The position numbers and the translations under genes were made by a program. Below are positions 36,487 to 46,150 of a DNA stretch of 64,000 nt, one piece after another. This DNA is from Candidatus Omnitrophota bacterium (GTDB taxonomy: Bacteria > Omnitrophota > Gorgyraeia > Zapsychrales > JANLHA01): assembly GCA_023247795.1 (NCBI GenBank), contig JAHFFT010000001.1, positions 2,868 to 66,867 of the forward strand. The letters run 5' to 3'. Within the stretch, counting starts at the first letter, position 1. Every line of letters begins with the position of its first letter. The notes beneath the pieces are model-generated. The model made no database searches and was not told where the DNA came from. It saw only the letters and a list, made by a program, of their open reading frames with translations.

Positions 36487-37977
36487 TCATTTGACCGCCA
36501 GTCCACGAGACGTTTTCGAATTCCCCAACAGATAATCACGGATGACCTTGCGATCATCAAAAGGAATCGTCTGATTTTTTAAAATCTGATAATCTTCATG
36601 CCCCTTCCCCGCCACCAATACAATGTCGTCCTTCTGGGCCATCGCCAAGGCCTGTTTGATCGCTTCTCGACGATCATAAATGATTTCATAATTGTTCCGA
36701 CTGAACCCTTTGCTGATCATCTCGATGATCAACTGCGGATCTTCTCCCCGAGGGTTATCATTGGTGACAAACGAAAAATCTGCCCACTTTCCAGCGACCG
36801 CTCCCATTTTCGAACGCTTGCCCTTATCGCGATCTCCTCCACAGCCAAAAACCAAAATGATCCGCCTGCTTTTCATCTGCTGAAGACATTCAAGAACGCG
36901 GAACAGAGCGTCTTCGGTGTGGGCGTAATCAACAAAGATCTGATAATTCTGACCACAAACCACGCGCTCCAATCGCCCTGGAACTCCCGCCAAATTCTCC
37001 AGACCAGCCTGAATATCTTCTTTAGCGATGCCCTCTCCCAAAGCCACGGCCGTCGCAGCCAAAATGTTGTAGACATTATGAATCCCAATGAGCGGCGTGC
37101 GGACTCGAAATTCCTCATCGGCCGTTAGCACCACAAAAGTCGATGCGTTGACATCCATCTTAATCTCCTGGGCCATCACATCACTCTGCTGGTTGATCCC
37201 GTAAGTGACGGCCGGCACATCCGTCATTTTGACCAACTTTTTACCATAAACGTCGTCGCGGTTGATGACCACCCGTTCTTTATCCGTGGGTTTGGTAAAA
37301 AGTTTGGCCTTGGCCTGAAAATAACTTTCATGGTCCTTGTGATAATCCAAATGATCTTGAGTAAGATTGGTAAAAACGCAATTTCGAAAATGGATTCCGG
37401 CCACCCGATTTTGCTCTAAGGCATGCGAAGAGACTTCCATAACGCAATATTCGCTACCGGCTTCAAGCATCTGTGAAAGAAAGGAATAATTTTCAACCAA
37501 CCCAGGAGTTGTGTTTTTTGAAACTACCGTGCGCTGAGCGAAACGGTGATTCACCGTTCCAATGACTCCGGTCCGCTTATGGGCGGCCTGAAAAATGGCC
37601 TCCAAAAGATACGTGATCGTTGTTTTGCCGTTGGTTCCGGTCACCCCAATGACTTTCAATTGGCGGCTGGGATTTTTATAGAAAATATTAAGAAGTCGAG
37701 CAAGTTCCTGGCAAGGGTTTTCACGATCAATCCACAGAACACCGTTGGAAGTAGCTAGGCGTTCATCATCGCTGCTTTTGACGATCACTTTTGCCCCCTT
37801 CGCGACGGCCTGCGGAATGAATTTCTTTCCATGTTCTTTGACCCCCGGCAAGGCCACAAAAATGCTGCCATGCTCGACTTGCCGGGAATCTGATGTGATG
37901 GAACTCACGTCAAAATTTTGCCACTCGCCGGAAATCGTCACATCCGCAATATCTTTAAAAAGCTCAATCAATTTCAT
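36487..37977 (-). CDS. murE: UDP-N-acetylmuramoyl-L-alanyl-D-glutamate--2,6-diaminopimelate ligase MurE
   Basis: VIGVTGTNGKTTITYLL and the DNPR motif region (VTNDNPRGEDP). Confidence 0.9.
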   Translation of the reverse strand: MKLIELFKDIADVTISGEWQNFDVSSITSDSRQVEHGSIFVALPGVKEHGKKFIPQAVAKGAKVIVKSSDDERLATSNGVLWIDRENPCQELARLLNIFYKNPSRQLKVIGVTGTNGKTTITYLLEAIFQAAHKRTGVIGTVNHRFAQRTVVSKNTTPGLVENYSFLSQMLEAGSEYCVMEVSSHALEQNRVAGIHFRNCVFTNLTQDHLDYHKDHESYFQAKAKLFTKPTDKERVVINRDDVYGKKLVKMTDVPAVTYGINQQSDVMAQEIKMDVNASTFVVLTADEEFRVRTPLIGIHNVYNILAATAVALGEGIAKEDIQAGLENLAGVPGRLERVVCGQNYQIFVDYAHTEDALFRVLECLQQMKSRRIILVFGCGGDRDKGKRSKMGAVAGKWADFSFVTNDNPRGEDPQLIIEMISKGFSRNNYEIIYDRREAIKQALAMAQKDDIVLVAGKGHEDYQILKNQTIPFDDRKVIRDYLLGNSKTSRGLAVK

Positions 37978-37982
37978 AGACT

Positions 37983-39668
37983 CTACATCCCCGCGTCCAA
38001 CGCGTTAAGATACCGGAGCGAATCAGAAATCACCTCACGAAAAACCGGAGCGGAAACCGTTCCGCCAAAATGATTCGGATGAGGCTCATCAAAAACCACA
38101 ACCGCCGCCAATCGCGGATTCTCGACCGGCGCAAATCCGAAAAAAGTCGCGTAAAATTTGGAATTGGAATATCCGCCGCCCTCGGGCTTTTGCGCGGTTC
38201 CGGTTTTACCGGCGACGTTGACTCCTTTAATTTGGGCCAACTTACCCGTACCCTGCTCAACCACCTTTTGTAAAATGGCTTTAACTCGTCGGGCCGTATC
38301 AACGCTCATCACTTGATCAACCACTTTCGGATCCGTTGCCTTGATCAATTCCTCATGAACATCTTTGATGTATTTTACCACAAAGGGTCGCATGTACACC
38401 CCGTCATTTGCAATAGCAGAAATGGCACTGACCAATTGCAACGGCGTCACCGCGACTTCCTGGCCAATGGGAATCGCCCCGATCGAGGCTTTCGACCATT
38501 GCGAAGGTGGCTTTAAAATTCCCGGGACTTCCCCTTGGACATCAATGCCGGTTGTTTCGCCAAAATGAAACCGTTTAGCGTATTTGTAAACCGTTTCTAA
38601 TCCAATTTTTTGCGCCACTTTCACCGTGCCGATATTGCTGGATTGTTCGATGACTTCACTGAAGGTCAACCAGCCATGAGCATGATGGTCGTGCAGCATG
38701 TGATTGGCCACGCGGTACTGCCCATTTTCGCAAAAAAATTTGTCGGTTTCTTGGACCGCCTGCTCTTCCAAGGCCGCGGTCAACGTCACAATCTTAAAGA
38801 CCGACCCTGGCTCATAGATATAGGAAACCGCCCGATTCGTTCGGTCTTCCGCATGACTATCATTATAAGATTCCAAATTGTACGTCGGGAGATTGGCCAA
38901 GGCAAGGATCTCGCCGGTCCTCGGGTCCATCACAATGATGCTAGCGGACTTGGCCCGATGTGTCTTAAAGGCCTTTTCTAAAGCCCGCTCAGCGATATAT
39001 TGAATCGTTTCATCAATGGTCAAAACCAAACTGAAACCATCCTTAGGCGGGATAAATCCCTTATCAAGCATCAATTCCTGCTGCCGGGCGTCCCGCAGGA
39101 TCATCATCCAACCAAACTCTCCGCGAAGGTCCTTGTCATACGCGAGTTCCAATCCCTCCAACCCCAGATTATCAACTCCCGCGAACCCGATCAAGTGCGC
39201 GGCCAAATTCTGATTAGGATAATATCTTTTGCTTTCCTTAATGAAACCCACTCCCTTAAGATTCAATTTCTTGATCTGTTCCGCCAAATCCAATGGCAGT
39301 TTACGCACCAACCAGACAAAATATTTTTTCCGATCCAATTGATTTTCTAAATAACTTCTATTGAGACCTAGCATGTCACTGAGTTTTTTCGCGGCGATCT
39401 GCTTATCCTGACTGCTCATCTGTCGAGGATTCGCGTACAAGGATTGAACGCTGAGATTAATGGCCAGCGGGCGCATCTGCCGGTCAAAGACCGTTCCGCG
39501 CACCGGTTCCAGTTTTACATAATGATTTTGCTGTTGCTGGGCGAGTTCCGCCAGATGCGCGGATCGAAAGACCTGAATGAGGACCAGTTGGACAGAAAAA
39601 AGAAAGAGGCAAACGATGAGAAAAAGAAAAACCAAACTAAACCGCAGCGCACGTTTTCTTAAGTACAC
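37983..39668 (-). CDS. ftsI: Peptidoglycan D,D-transpeptidase FtsI (class B PBP)
   Basis: N-terminal TM, then the PBP dimerisation domain. The transpeptidase motifs are SVFK (SxxK), SSN and KTGT. Confidence 0.85.
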   Translation of the reverse strand: MYLRKRALRFSLVFLFLIVCLFLFSVQLVLIQVFRSAHLAELAQQQQNHYVKLEPVRGTVFDRQMRPLAINLSVQSLYANPRQMSSQDKQIAAKKLSDMLGLNRSYLENQLDRKKYFVWLVRKLPLDLAEQIKKLNLKGVGFIKESKRYYPNQNLAAHLIGFAGVDNLGLEGLELAYDKDLRGEFGWMMILRDARQQELMLDKGFIPPKDGFSLVLTIDETIQYIAERALEKAFKTHRAKSASIIVMDPRTGEILALANLPTYNLESYNDSHAEDRTNRAVSYIYEPGSVFKIVTLTAALEEQAVQETDKFFCENGQYRVANHMLHDHHAHGWLTFSEVIEQSSNIGTVKVAQKIGLETVYKYAKRFHFGETTGIDVQGEVPGILKPPSQWSKASIGAIPIGQEVAVTPLQLVSAISAIANDGVYMRPFVVKYIKDVHEELIKATDPKVVDQVMSVDTARRVKAILQKVVEQGTGKLAQIKGVNVAGKTGTAQKPEGGGYSNSKFYATFFGFAPVENPRLAAVVVFDEPHPNHFGGTVSAPVFREVISDSLRYLNALDAGM

Positions 39669-39703
39669 TTGATCCTAACCAACGTTGTTCACAACCCATT
39701 TGG

Positions 39704-40114
39704 TTATTGAAATTTCTTCCAGGGATTCAAACTTTTCTTTTGACTCTCGGCCCGCGCTTCCGACAGGGTTAGCAAAGACAGCAGTCGTTGCAAAAAACTA
39801 TTGTCTGAAGAATGAACATTCGTGACACCATTGTCGAGATCATCAGATCGTTTCGCCAACCGCACGGTCTGCTGTTGATCACGGAACCGCAAATCGGAAT
39901 CCTTGGCCAATAACGTATCACCTAAATGATGCGCTGATTTGAGCCGGAGGATTCGATAATTGATCATCGTATTGTACTCTTTCAGATTTAAAAAAATCCG
40001 TTCCTTCTGCTTCCCTTGATAGGCCAGCTCATAGATGTTCATCTGCATATAAATGTAGACCAAGGCAAGGAACGTAAAAAACAGCATGCATTTGAGTGAT
40101 CTGACTAACGGCAT
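39704..40114 (-). CDS. ftsL: Cell division protein FtsL, putative
   Basis: Small bitopic protein (one TM: CMLFFTFLALVYIYM) located between rsmH and ftsI. Start probably at MPLVRS, just after the rsmH stop; the ORF track extends to 40186 via a TTG. Confidence 0.6.
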   Translation of the reverse strand: MPLVRSLKCMLFFTFLALVYIYMQMNIYELAYQGKQKERIFLNLKEYNTMINYRILRLKSAHHLGDTLLAKDSDLRFRDQQQTVRLAKRSDDLDNGVTNVHSSDNSFLQRLLSLLTLSEARAESQKKSLNPWKKFQ

Positions 40115-40124
40115 ATCTTCATCC

Positions 40125-41056
40125 TTAAACTTTCTCCACGACCCGCAATCGAGCGCTGCGGGCACGGGCATTTTTTTGAACCTCAACTTCTTGAGGACGA
40201 ATCGGCTTTTTTGTAATCAAACTGACCGTTTCCGTTCGGGCTAAATGACGAAATTTATGTTTCACAATCCGATCTTCCAAAGAATGAAAAGCAATCACCA
40301 CCAAACGCGCTTTGGGTTTCAGGACCTGAACGCATTTTTCCAAAGCATCGGACAAGGATTCCAATTCATGATTCACGGCAATTCGAAAAGCCTGGAAAGT
40401 ACGCGTGGCAGGATGGATCTTCTGCTGCCAATACGAACGCGGAACGGCTTGCAAAATCGTTTCGCAAAGCTCCTGCGTTGTTTGCAATGGTTTCTTCGAA
40501 CGTGCGGTGACCAAATATTTGGCAATCCGATGAGAGAATCGCTCCTCACCATATTCGCGCAAAATTTGGGCCAACTCACGTTCCGATAAAGAATTGATCA
40601 AATCGTAAGCGCAGACCTGACCGTCCTGATCCATGCGCATATCCAACGGCCCTTCGTCCTTAAAACTGAACCCGCGCTGAGGATTATCCAGCTGAAAACT
40701 CGATATCCCTAGATCCATGAGGATCCCGTCGACCTTTTGAACTCCGCAATCCGCAAGGACTTGATCGATATGACGAAAATCCGCGTGCACGAAACGCATC
40801 CGATCAGCAAAATTCTTCAAGCGCTCTTTCGCAAATTTCAAGGAACTCTCATCGCGGTCAATGCCAATGATCCGCCCCTGCCCGCCCAGCCTCTGGACGA
40901 AAAGCTCACTATGCCCGCCCAGCCCTAGGGTCGCGTCAACCACGCAAGCGTCCGCGAAAAACGTCAAATAGCGCGAAACCTCTTCGGCCATAACCGGGAT
41001 ATGGTTGATTGGATCATTCATTAAATTTTGCGAATAATCTAGTGCTAAAGAATACA
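40125..41056 (-). CDS. rsmH: 16S rRNA (cytosine1402-N4)-methyltransferase RsmH (MraW)
   Basis: HIPVMAEEVSRYL...VVDATLGLGGHSE (SAM motif I), then IDRDESSL and the C-terminal part. Start set at MYSLALDY, which has GGAGG 7 nt upstream; the ORF track extends to 41162 through non-coding palindromic DNA. Confidence 0.85.
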
Positions 41057-41255
41057 TGTATGAACCTCCCCGCAGCAAGCTGCGAGGTATCAGAGTTGTA
41101 TCCTGAATTCGAGAAACCCATAGTTTCTCGAGCTCTTCCTTCAGATGGTAACCCCGGAGCAAGCTCCGAGGAATTCTCTCGATTAAAGTGAATTGCTAAG
41201 TTTTTTAATACCCCTGCCGCTAAAAAAATCCTTCGACGGAAAATAAACTCCGCTA
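41057..41255. repeat. ~200-bp insert between mraZ and rsmH carrying two related palindromic elements
   Basis: ccccgcagcaagctgcgagg and ccggagcaagctccgagg at about 41068-41087 and 41152-41170. Confidence 0.5.
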
Positions 41256-41705
41256 TCAGCTCTGCGGATTGCCTTGAACCAAATTCTCCGCAATCTGCTC
41301 AAAAGATTCCTGACAATTTGCGTAAAAATTTTCCCAGGTGGTCTTATCCCAAATCTCGATTCGATTTGATATCCCAATGATGATGGTGTCCCGTTTGATA
41401 TTGGCGTAATTTTTCAAAAATTGTGGAATGATAAATCGGCCCTGCTTATCCGGCAACACCTCAACGGCCCCGGAAAAAAATAACCGATTGAAACTGCGCG
41501 ATTCCTGTTTGGTAAAAGGCATTGTTTTAAATTTTTGTTCTTGCGTCCGCCACTCCCCCTCGGCGAAAACAAACAAGCAACGGTCCAAACCTCTGGTTAC
41601 AAAGAACTTTTCAATACCGCATTCTTGGCACACTTCGCGAAACCGTGCCGGAAGGATGATGCGACCTTTACGGTCAATCCCATGAATGTATTCGCCGTAA
41701 AACAT
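41256..41705 (-). CDS. mraZ: Transcriptional regulator MraZ
   Basis: MFYGEYIHGIDRKGRIILPARFRE...; two SpoVT/AbrB-like halves (DKQGRFIIPQFLKNYA). It is the first gene of the dcw cluster. Confidence 0.9.
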   Translation of the reverse strand: MFYGEYIHGIDRKGRIILPARFREVCQECGIEKFFVTRGLDRCLFVFAEGEWRTQEQKFKTMPFTKQESRSFNRLFFSGAVEVLPDKQGRFIIPQFLKNYANIKRDTIIIGISNRIEIWDKTTWENFYANCQESFEQIAENLVQGNPQS

Positions 41706-41720
41706 AGGTTCTCAAGATTC

Positions 41721-41790
41721 GTTTTAATCCACTTCACTCCACTTTGCTCCACCATTTGCCAGTATAAACACCTCACCAGGGGATGTCAAT
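41721..41790 (-). promoter_or_regulatory. mraZ promoter (sigma70-like TTGACA-17-TATACT) with three MraZ-box direct repeats
   Basis: The minus strand reads ttgacatcccctggtgaggtgtttatact, a consensus -35/-10 pair with a 17-nt spacer. Immediately downstream are three GTGGA(G/T) repeats at 10-bp periodicity, GTGGAG-caaa-GTGGAG-tgaa-GTGGAT (plus strand about 41727-41752). This is the arrangement of the E. coli MraZ operator. Confidence 0.6.
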
Positions 41791-41821
41791 CAGTATTTTT
41801 GTGTTTTTTTGTGATAAAAAA

Positions 41822-42751
41822 TCAGCGCTTTTGAAAAAACGCGCGGGCGAGTCTTACGTCATTTTGGATCTGCTTTTTGAGGGTTTCTACGGAAGGAAAA
41901 TATTTTTCGTCGCGGACTTTTTTCAAATATTGCAAGATCACCGTCTTACCATAAAGGTGACCGTGAAAATCCAGCAAATGAACTTCTAAAACGACTTCCT
42001 TTCCGCTTTTAAACGTTGGCCGATGACCAAGGTTGGCGATCCCCGGAAAAACTTTTCCGTCGAATCGAACGTAAACGAGATAAACCCCTAAAGGCGGCAA
42101 GACCTCGTTGGACAATTGGATATTGGCGGTGGGGAACCCGAGTTTTTCCCCTCGAGAATCGCCCTGAACAATGACACCCATCGTCGAGACCGGTCGCTTC
42201 AACAAACGCGCCGCCTTTTTCAAGTCGCCGGTAGAAATCAACTCGCGGATCACGCTGCTGCTCACTGTTTTTTTTCCCTGATTCCCCACTGAAATCGCAG
42301 CCACATGCAGGCCATATTTACGGCCAGCCTCTTCAAAATCGGCAAAAGATCCAGAACGATTCCTACCAAAGCGAAAATCCTCGCCGATGACAACCTCTTG
42401 CGCGGCGACTCGCTTCAAAAGATATTCCTGGATGAATTGCTCTGGAGTCTGAAGGGAAAATTTTTTGGTAAAAGGAACAACGATACCGATATCCACACCC
42501 TGCTCGGCGATCAATTTCAGTCGATAATCCAACGAGACAATCAACGGCAGATCAATTTCCGGGTGCAGCACATGAACCGGATGCGGATGGAACGTCATGA
42601 TCACAGACTTGACATTGAGTTTTTGGGCCCTTTGAACAACCCTTTGCATCAAACGCTGATGGCCGCGGTGGACGCCGTCAAAGACACCTATCCCGAGGAT
42701 GCACTTGGTTATTGTGGTCTTGATCTGACGGATGCCGTAAAGAATTTGCAT
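41822..42751 (-). CDS. ribF: Bifunctional riboflavin kinase / FMN adenylyltransferase RibF
   Basis: GVFDGVHRGHQ (nucleotidyltransferase motif), and the C-terminal riboflavin kinase region (GFPTANI, PPLGVY). Confidence 0.9.
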   Translation of the reverse strand: MQILYGIRQIKTTITKCILGIGVFDGVHRGHQRLMQRVVQRAQKLNVKSVIMTFHPHPVHVLHPEIDLPLIVSLDYRLKLIAEQGVDIGIVVPFTKKFSLQTPEQFIQEYLLKRVAAQEVVIGEDFRFGRNRSGSFADFEEAGRKYGLHVAAISVGNQGKKTVSSSVIRELISTGDLKKAARLLKRPVSTMGVIVQGDSRGEKLGFPTANIQLSNEVLPPLGVYLVYVRFDGKVFPGIANLGHRPTFKSGKEVVLEVHLLDFHGHLYGKTVILQYLKKVRDEKYFPSVETLKKQIQNDVRLARAFFQKR

Positions 42752-42757
42752 TTTGAT

Positions 42758-43492
42758 TTACGCGGCCTTGAGCGATGAAGCCGGCAGCACGTGCCGCTCC
42801 TGGAGCTCTTCTAAAGAAACAGCACAAGCAATATCGTACGGACCGACTTTGCTGCGTTCAATTTGAGTGATGCACGCCGAGCTGCCCAATTTCTCACCGA
42901 TGTCTTCGGCCAATTGGCGGACATACATTCCCTTTGAGCATTGAACGCTAAACTTGACTTCCGGCGGTGAAAAATGCAACAACTGAAGTTTTTGAATCGA
43001 GACAGTGCGCGTTGGCCTTTCCACTGCGATGCCTCGGCGGGCCAGTTGGTATAAGCGTTTGCCTTTCACCTTGACGGCGGAAAACATTGGTGGTTGCTGT
43101 TCGATCTCTCCTTCAAAAGTCTTTAACACCTCGAGAAACATGTCTTTCGTGATGTGATCATAAGGTTTATTCTCGATTACTTTTCCTTGGATGTCAGCGG
43201 TATTGGTCTTGGTTCCCAAAATGAGTGTTGCTTCGTAGGCTTTATCGCACGCTTCAAAATCAGAAAACTGCTTTGTCGCTCGTCCCAAAAGGATCACTAA
43301 AACACCGGTCGCTAAAGGATCCAACGTCCCGGCATGACCAACCCGGCGCATCTTAAACTTAGCACGCACACGGTCGACGACATCGTGCGACGTGATCCCC
43401 TTTGGTTTGTTGACGATGACAATACCTTCTAACATCCTGCCCTCAGCTGTTCTAGTCGTTGAAAATGATCTCGCGCCAGATGTTGAATTCAT
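42758..43492 (-). CDS. truB: tRNA pseudouridine(55) synthase TruB
   Basis: GIVIVNKPKGITSHDVV...VGHAGTLDPLATGVL carries the catalytic Asp motif. Start set at the ATGA overlap with the nrnA stop; the ORF track extends to 43561. Confidence 0.85.
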   Translation of the reverse strand: MNSTSGARSFSTTRTAEGRMLEGIVIVNKPKGITSHDVVDRVRAKFKMRRVGHAGTLDPLATGVLVILLGRATKQFSDFEACDKAYEATLILGTKTNTADIQGKVIENKPYDHITKDMFLEVLKTFEGEIEQQPPMFSAVKVKGKRLYQLARRGIAVERPTRTVSIQKLQLLHFSPPEVKFSVQCSKGMYVRQLAEDIGEKLGSSACITQIERSKVGPYDIACAVSLEELQERHVLPASSLKAA

Positions 43493-44460
43493 TTCAAATT
43501 CGCTCGGATTTTTGCTATGACTTTTCGTCGGGTATTGAGCAAATTGGTTGCGAGCACGCATCCACTGGCTTTGCGATGACCACCGCCATTGAAAAAGCTG
43601 GCGAGTTTGGCCACATTGACCTGCCCCTGGGAACGGAAGTTGACCCGTGTGATATTTTTCCGTTGTTCGGTAAAGATCGCGATCACCTCAACACCCTTGA
43701 TGGCCCGCAGGTACTGAAAAATTTTGTCCCGCAAATCAAATTCTTTCGAAAACTGCTTTACCCGCCGTCGCAGCAGGTCCAGACAAACCAATTTGCCGCC
43801 GTATAAAAAGTCAAATTCACTCACGACTTTTCCAAAATGGCGCAGGTCCTTGAGAGGGATCGTCTCATAAAGCCTTCGGTAAAGCTCGTCAACCGGAATG
43901 CCAAACCGCAAAAGTTCACCGACCACTTGATGCGTGCGCGCCGAGGTATTGTCATAGCGAAAGGATCCCGTGTCCGTCATAATCCCCAAATAGAGCAACA
44001 TAGCTACTTTTTTGGTTAAAGGGAACCGCGCGTGCTGAAAAAAATCAAACAAGACTTCTGCCGTCGAGGAAGCATTGGGTTTGACCAAATGGACATCCCC
44101 AAAAGAATCATTCGTGACATGATGGTCGATATTGATGATTGGTTGTCCAGTTCCGATCCCACCCTGCACCTTCCCCACTCGCTCGAGATCACCGCAATCG
44201 ACAATGATGACAACGTCCCAAGGTGACGGTTGACCTTTTTTAAGACTTTGATACGATTTGATTCGCGCCGTCCCGGGAAGGAAGCGAAGACGAGCCGGTA
44301 CTTCTGAATCATTAACCAGATGCACTTTCTTTCCCAAAAATTTCAGATATTCCGCCATCGCCAATTGCGAGGACAAGGCGTCCGGATCGGGATGGGTATG
44401 GGTCGTCACTAAGAATCGTTTATGTTTTTTGATCAGCCGCTCAATGGCTTGAAGACTCAT
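43489..44460 (-). CDS. nrnA: DHH-family phosphoesterase (NrnA-type bifunctional oligoribonuclease / pAp phosphatase)
   Basis: VTTHTHPDPDALSS (DHH motif I), IIVDCGD, NIDHH (the DHH motif itself), and DHHA1 with GGGH. A 4-bp overlap with rbfA. Confidence 0.75.
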   Translation of the reverse strand: MSLQAIERLIKKHKRFLVTTHTHPDPDALSSQLAMAEYLKFLGKKVHLVNDSEVPARLRFLPGTARIKSYQSLKKGQPSPWDVVIIVDCGDLERVGKVQGGIGTGQPIINIDHHVTNDSFGDVHLVKPNASSTAEVLFDFFQHARFPLTKKVAMLLYLGIMTDTGSFRYDNTSARTHQVVGELLRFGIPVDELYRRLYETIPLKDLRHFGKVVSEFDFLYGGKLVCLDLLRRRVKQFSKEFDLRDKIFQYLRAIKGVEVIAIFTEQRKNITRVNFRSQGQVNVAKLASFFNGGGHRKASGCVLATNLLNTRRKVIAKIRANLK

Positions 44461-44813
44461 GGTTTACTCTCTTCGGTTTTATGAATTTCGTCGATGATCC
44501 GTTCAATCCGATCACTATCGGTGACCGAAGGATCAAAGATAAATTCGATGTCCGGGGTGTAACGCAGACGCACACGCTGACCTACCAGCTTACGAATAAA
44601 TCCTTTGGCCCGCGATAGGGCATCTTCCGCTGCTAAAATTTTTTTATCATCGCCCAGGACACTGAAGTGAACATACGCGTTGTGCAAATCCGGACTGACC
44701 GAAACCCTGGTGATGGTCACAAATTCCAGACGCGGATCACGAACATCCTCTAGCAACATTGTGCTGATTTCACGTTTCATCAATTCGTTGACTTTATCCA
44801 ACCGTGACATCAT
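44457..44813 (-). CDS. rbfA: Ribosome-binding factor A
   Basis: MMSRLDKVNELMKREISTMLLEDVRDPRL..FVTITRVSVSPDL is typical RbfA. Confidence 0.85.
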   Translation of the reverse strand: MMSRLDKVNELMKREISTMLLEDVRDPRLEFVTITRVSVSPDLHNAYVHFSVLGDDKKILAAEDALSRAKGFIRKLVGQRVRLRYTPDIEFIFDPSVTDSDRIERIIDEIHKTEESKP

Positions 44814-46093
44814 TCCCCTCCCTTATCACTTCGCGGCACTGATTTGGTCAAACTCAAACGGATATAGGCTTCTTCCTTTTCCCTAGAACCAAGCTGCCCA
44901 TCGATCTTTTTAGACAAGACCGCCTTAAGCAATCGCCCAATTCGCTGACCATCAACAACACCCATTTTTCTTAAATCATTCCCGGTCAAGGACGTCCTAA
45001 CCGCCGAAGACTTTCGCTGATAGAATTCCAACGCCCTCGTGGCCCTTTGACTATTTGTCCGCAACTGCAAATAAACAATCGCGGGCAAAGGAGAATTCCG
45101 CGCAAGTTCATACACGGCACTGGGTGACAACTGCAAGCTCTCAATCTTTCGAAGAACTTTTAAATAACCGTCAATGTTGAAAACACATTCGCCCGCTATT
45201 TTGGTCAACTGAAAATTTCTTGCTAATTCTTCACGCTGTTTCACATTGAGCTGTTCCGCAATCGCTAGCAAATAAAACAGCGTCGTTTCATCACTGTGGA
45301 TCGCCGTCTTCGGGCGTCCGCTTCGAATACGTCGGTACAAACCCGCAACAACCCCAAAATCCAAATCCTTCCCAAACAAAAAATCCGTGCCGCAAATCTT
45401 ACGCAGTCGCTTCAAGCAGGCCAGCGGGTCCTTTTCACATAACATCTTTTTGAACTCAACCGCGTTTCGTTGAGCGCTGACAGTCCGCAAGAACCCTTCC
45501 TTGACCGACCATTTTAGCAAAGAAAGCGTTCTTCGTTCAATCTGAAAATGCAGACGCTGTTCAAAACGGATAATCCGTAAAATGCGAGTCGCGTCGTCGC
45601 GGAAACTTTGATCATGAAGAATCCTAATTTTTTTTCCTTTCAAATCCGCATATCCCTGATAGGGATCGATCAATGTTCCCTTGTCTTGAGGATGGATCTG
45701 GGCTGCCATCGCATTGATCGTAAAATCCCGACGGAACAGATCTTCTTGCAAACCACCGGGTCGAACTTTTGGCAAGGCCCCTGGTGAGGCATACGTTTCC
45801 TTTCGCGTCATCGCGATATCAACACGCAAATCATTTGCAAACGTCAGGGTCGTTGTTTGAAATTGCGGATAAATTTTTAGTTTTCCATTTTTCTTAGCCG
45901 CCAAAAACGCCGCAACTTTGCATGAATCGCCCTCGATGGCCATGTCCACATCAATATTCGGCTGGTTTAGAAGCAAATCCCGCACGCACCCGCCGACCAA
46001 ATAGGCAGAATATCCCCTAGATTCAGCTTCACGGGCTGCATCCTCAATGATCTCGCGTTGTTTTTTTGAAAAATTTCTAAATGTGATCTTCAT
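44810..46093 (-). CDS. tRNA nucleotidyltransferase (CCA-adding) / poly(A) polymerase family protein
   Basis: YLVGGCVRDLLLNQPNIDVDMA matches the Pol-beta-like head motif GG.VRD.LLG....D.D.A. A 4-bp overlap with rbfA. Confidence 0.75.
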   Translation of the reverse strand: MKITFRNFSKKQREIIEDAAREAESRGYSAYLVGGCVRDLLLNQPNIDVDMAIEGDSCKVAAFLAAKKNGKLKIYPQFQTTTLTFANDLRVDIAMTRKETYASPGALPKVRPGGLQEDLFRRDFTINAMAAQIHPQDKGTLIDPYQGYADLKGKKIRILHDQSFRDDATRILRIIRFEQRLHFQIERRTLSLLKWSVKEGFLRTVSAQRNAVEFKKMLCEKDPLACLKRLRKICGTDFLFGKDLDFGVVAGLYRRIRSGRPKTAIHSDETTLFYLLAIAEQLNVKQREELARNFQLTKIAGECVFNIDGYLKVLRKIESLQLSPSAVYELARNSPLPAIVYLQLRTNSQRATRALEFYQRKSSAVRTSLTGNDLRKMGVVDGQRIGRLLKAVLSKKIDGQLGSREKEEAYIRLSLTKSVPRSDKGGE

Positions 46094-46150
46094 TTCAATC
46101 TTAACCTGTTACCGTCATGGAGGACAAGTCCCTAAAGGGACCGCCCCCTC

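Noticed and set aside
35877-36494. 205-aa plus-strand ORF across the murF/murE junction
   Set aside because: Antisense to two strongly supported Mur ligase genes.
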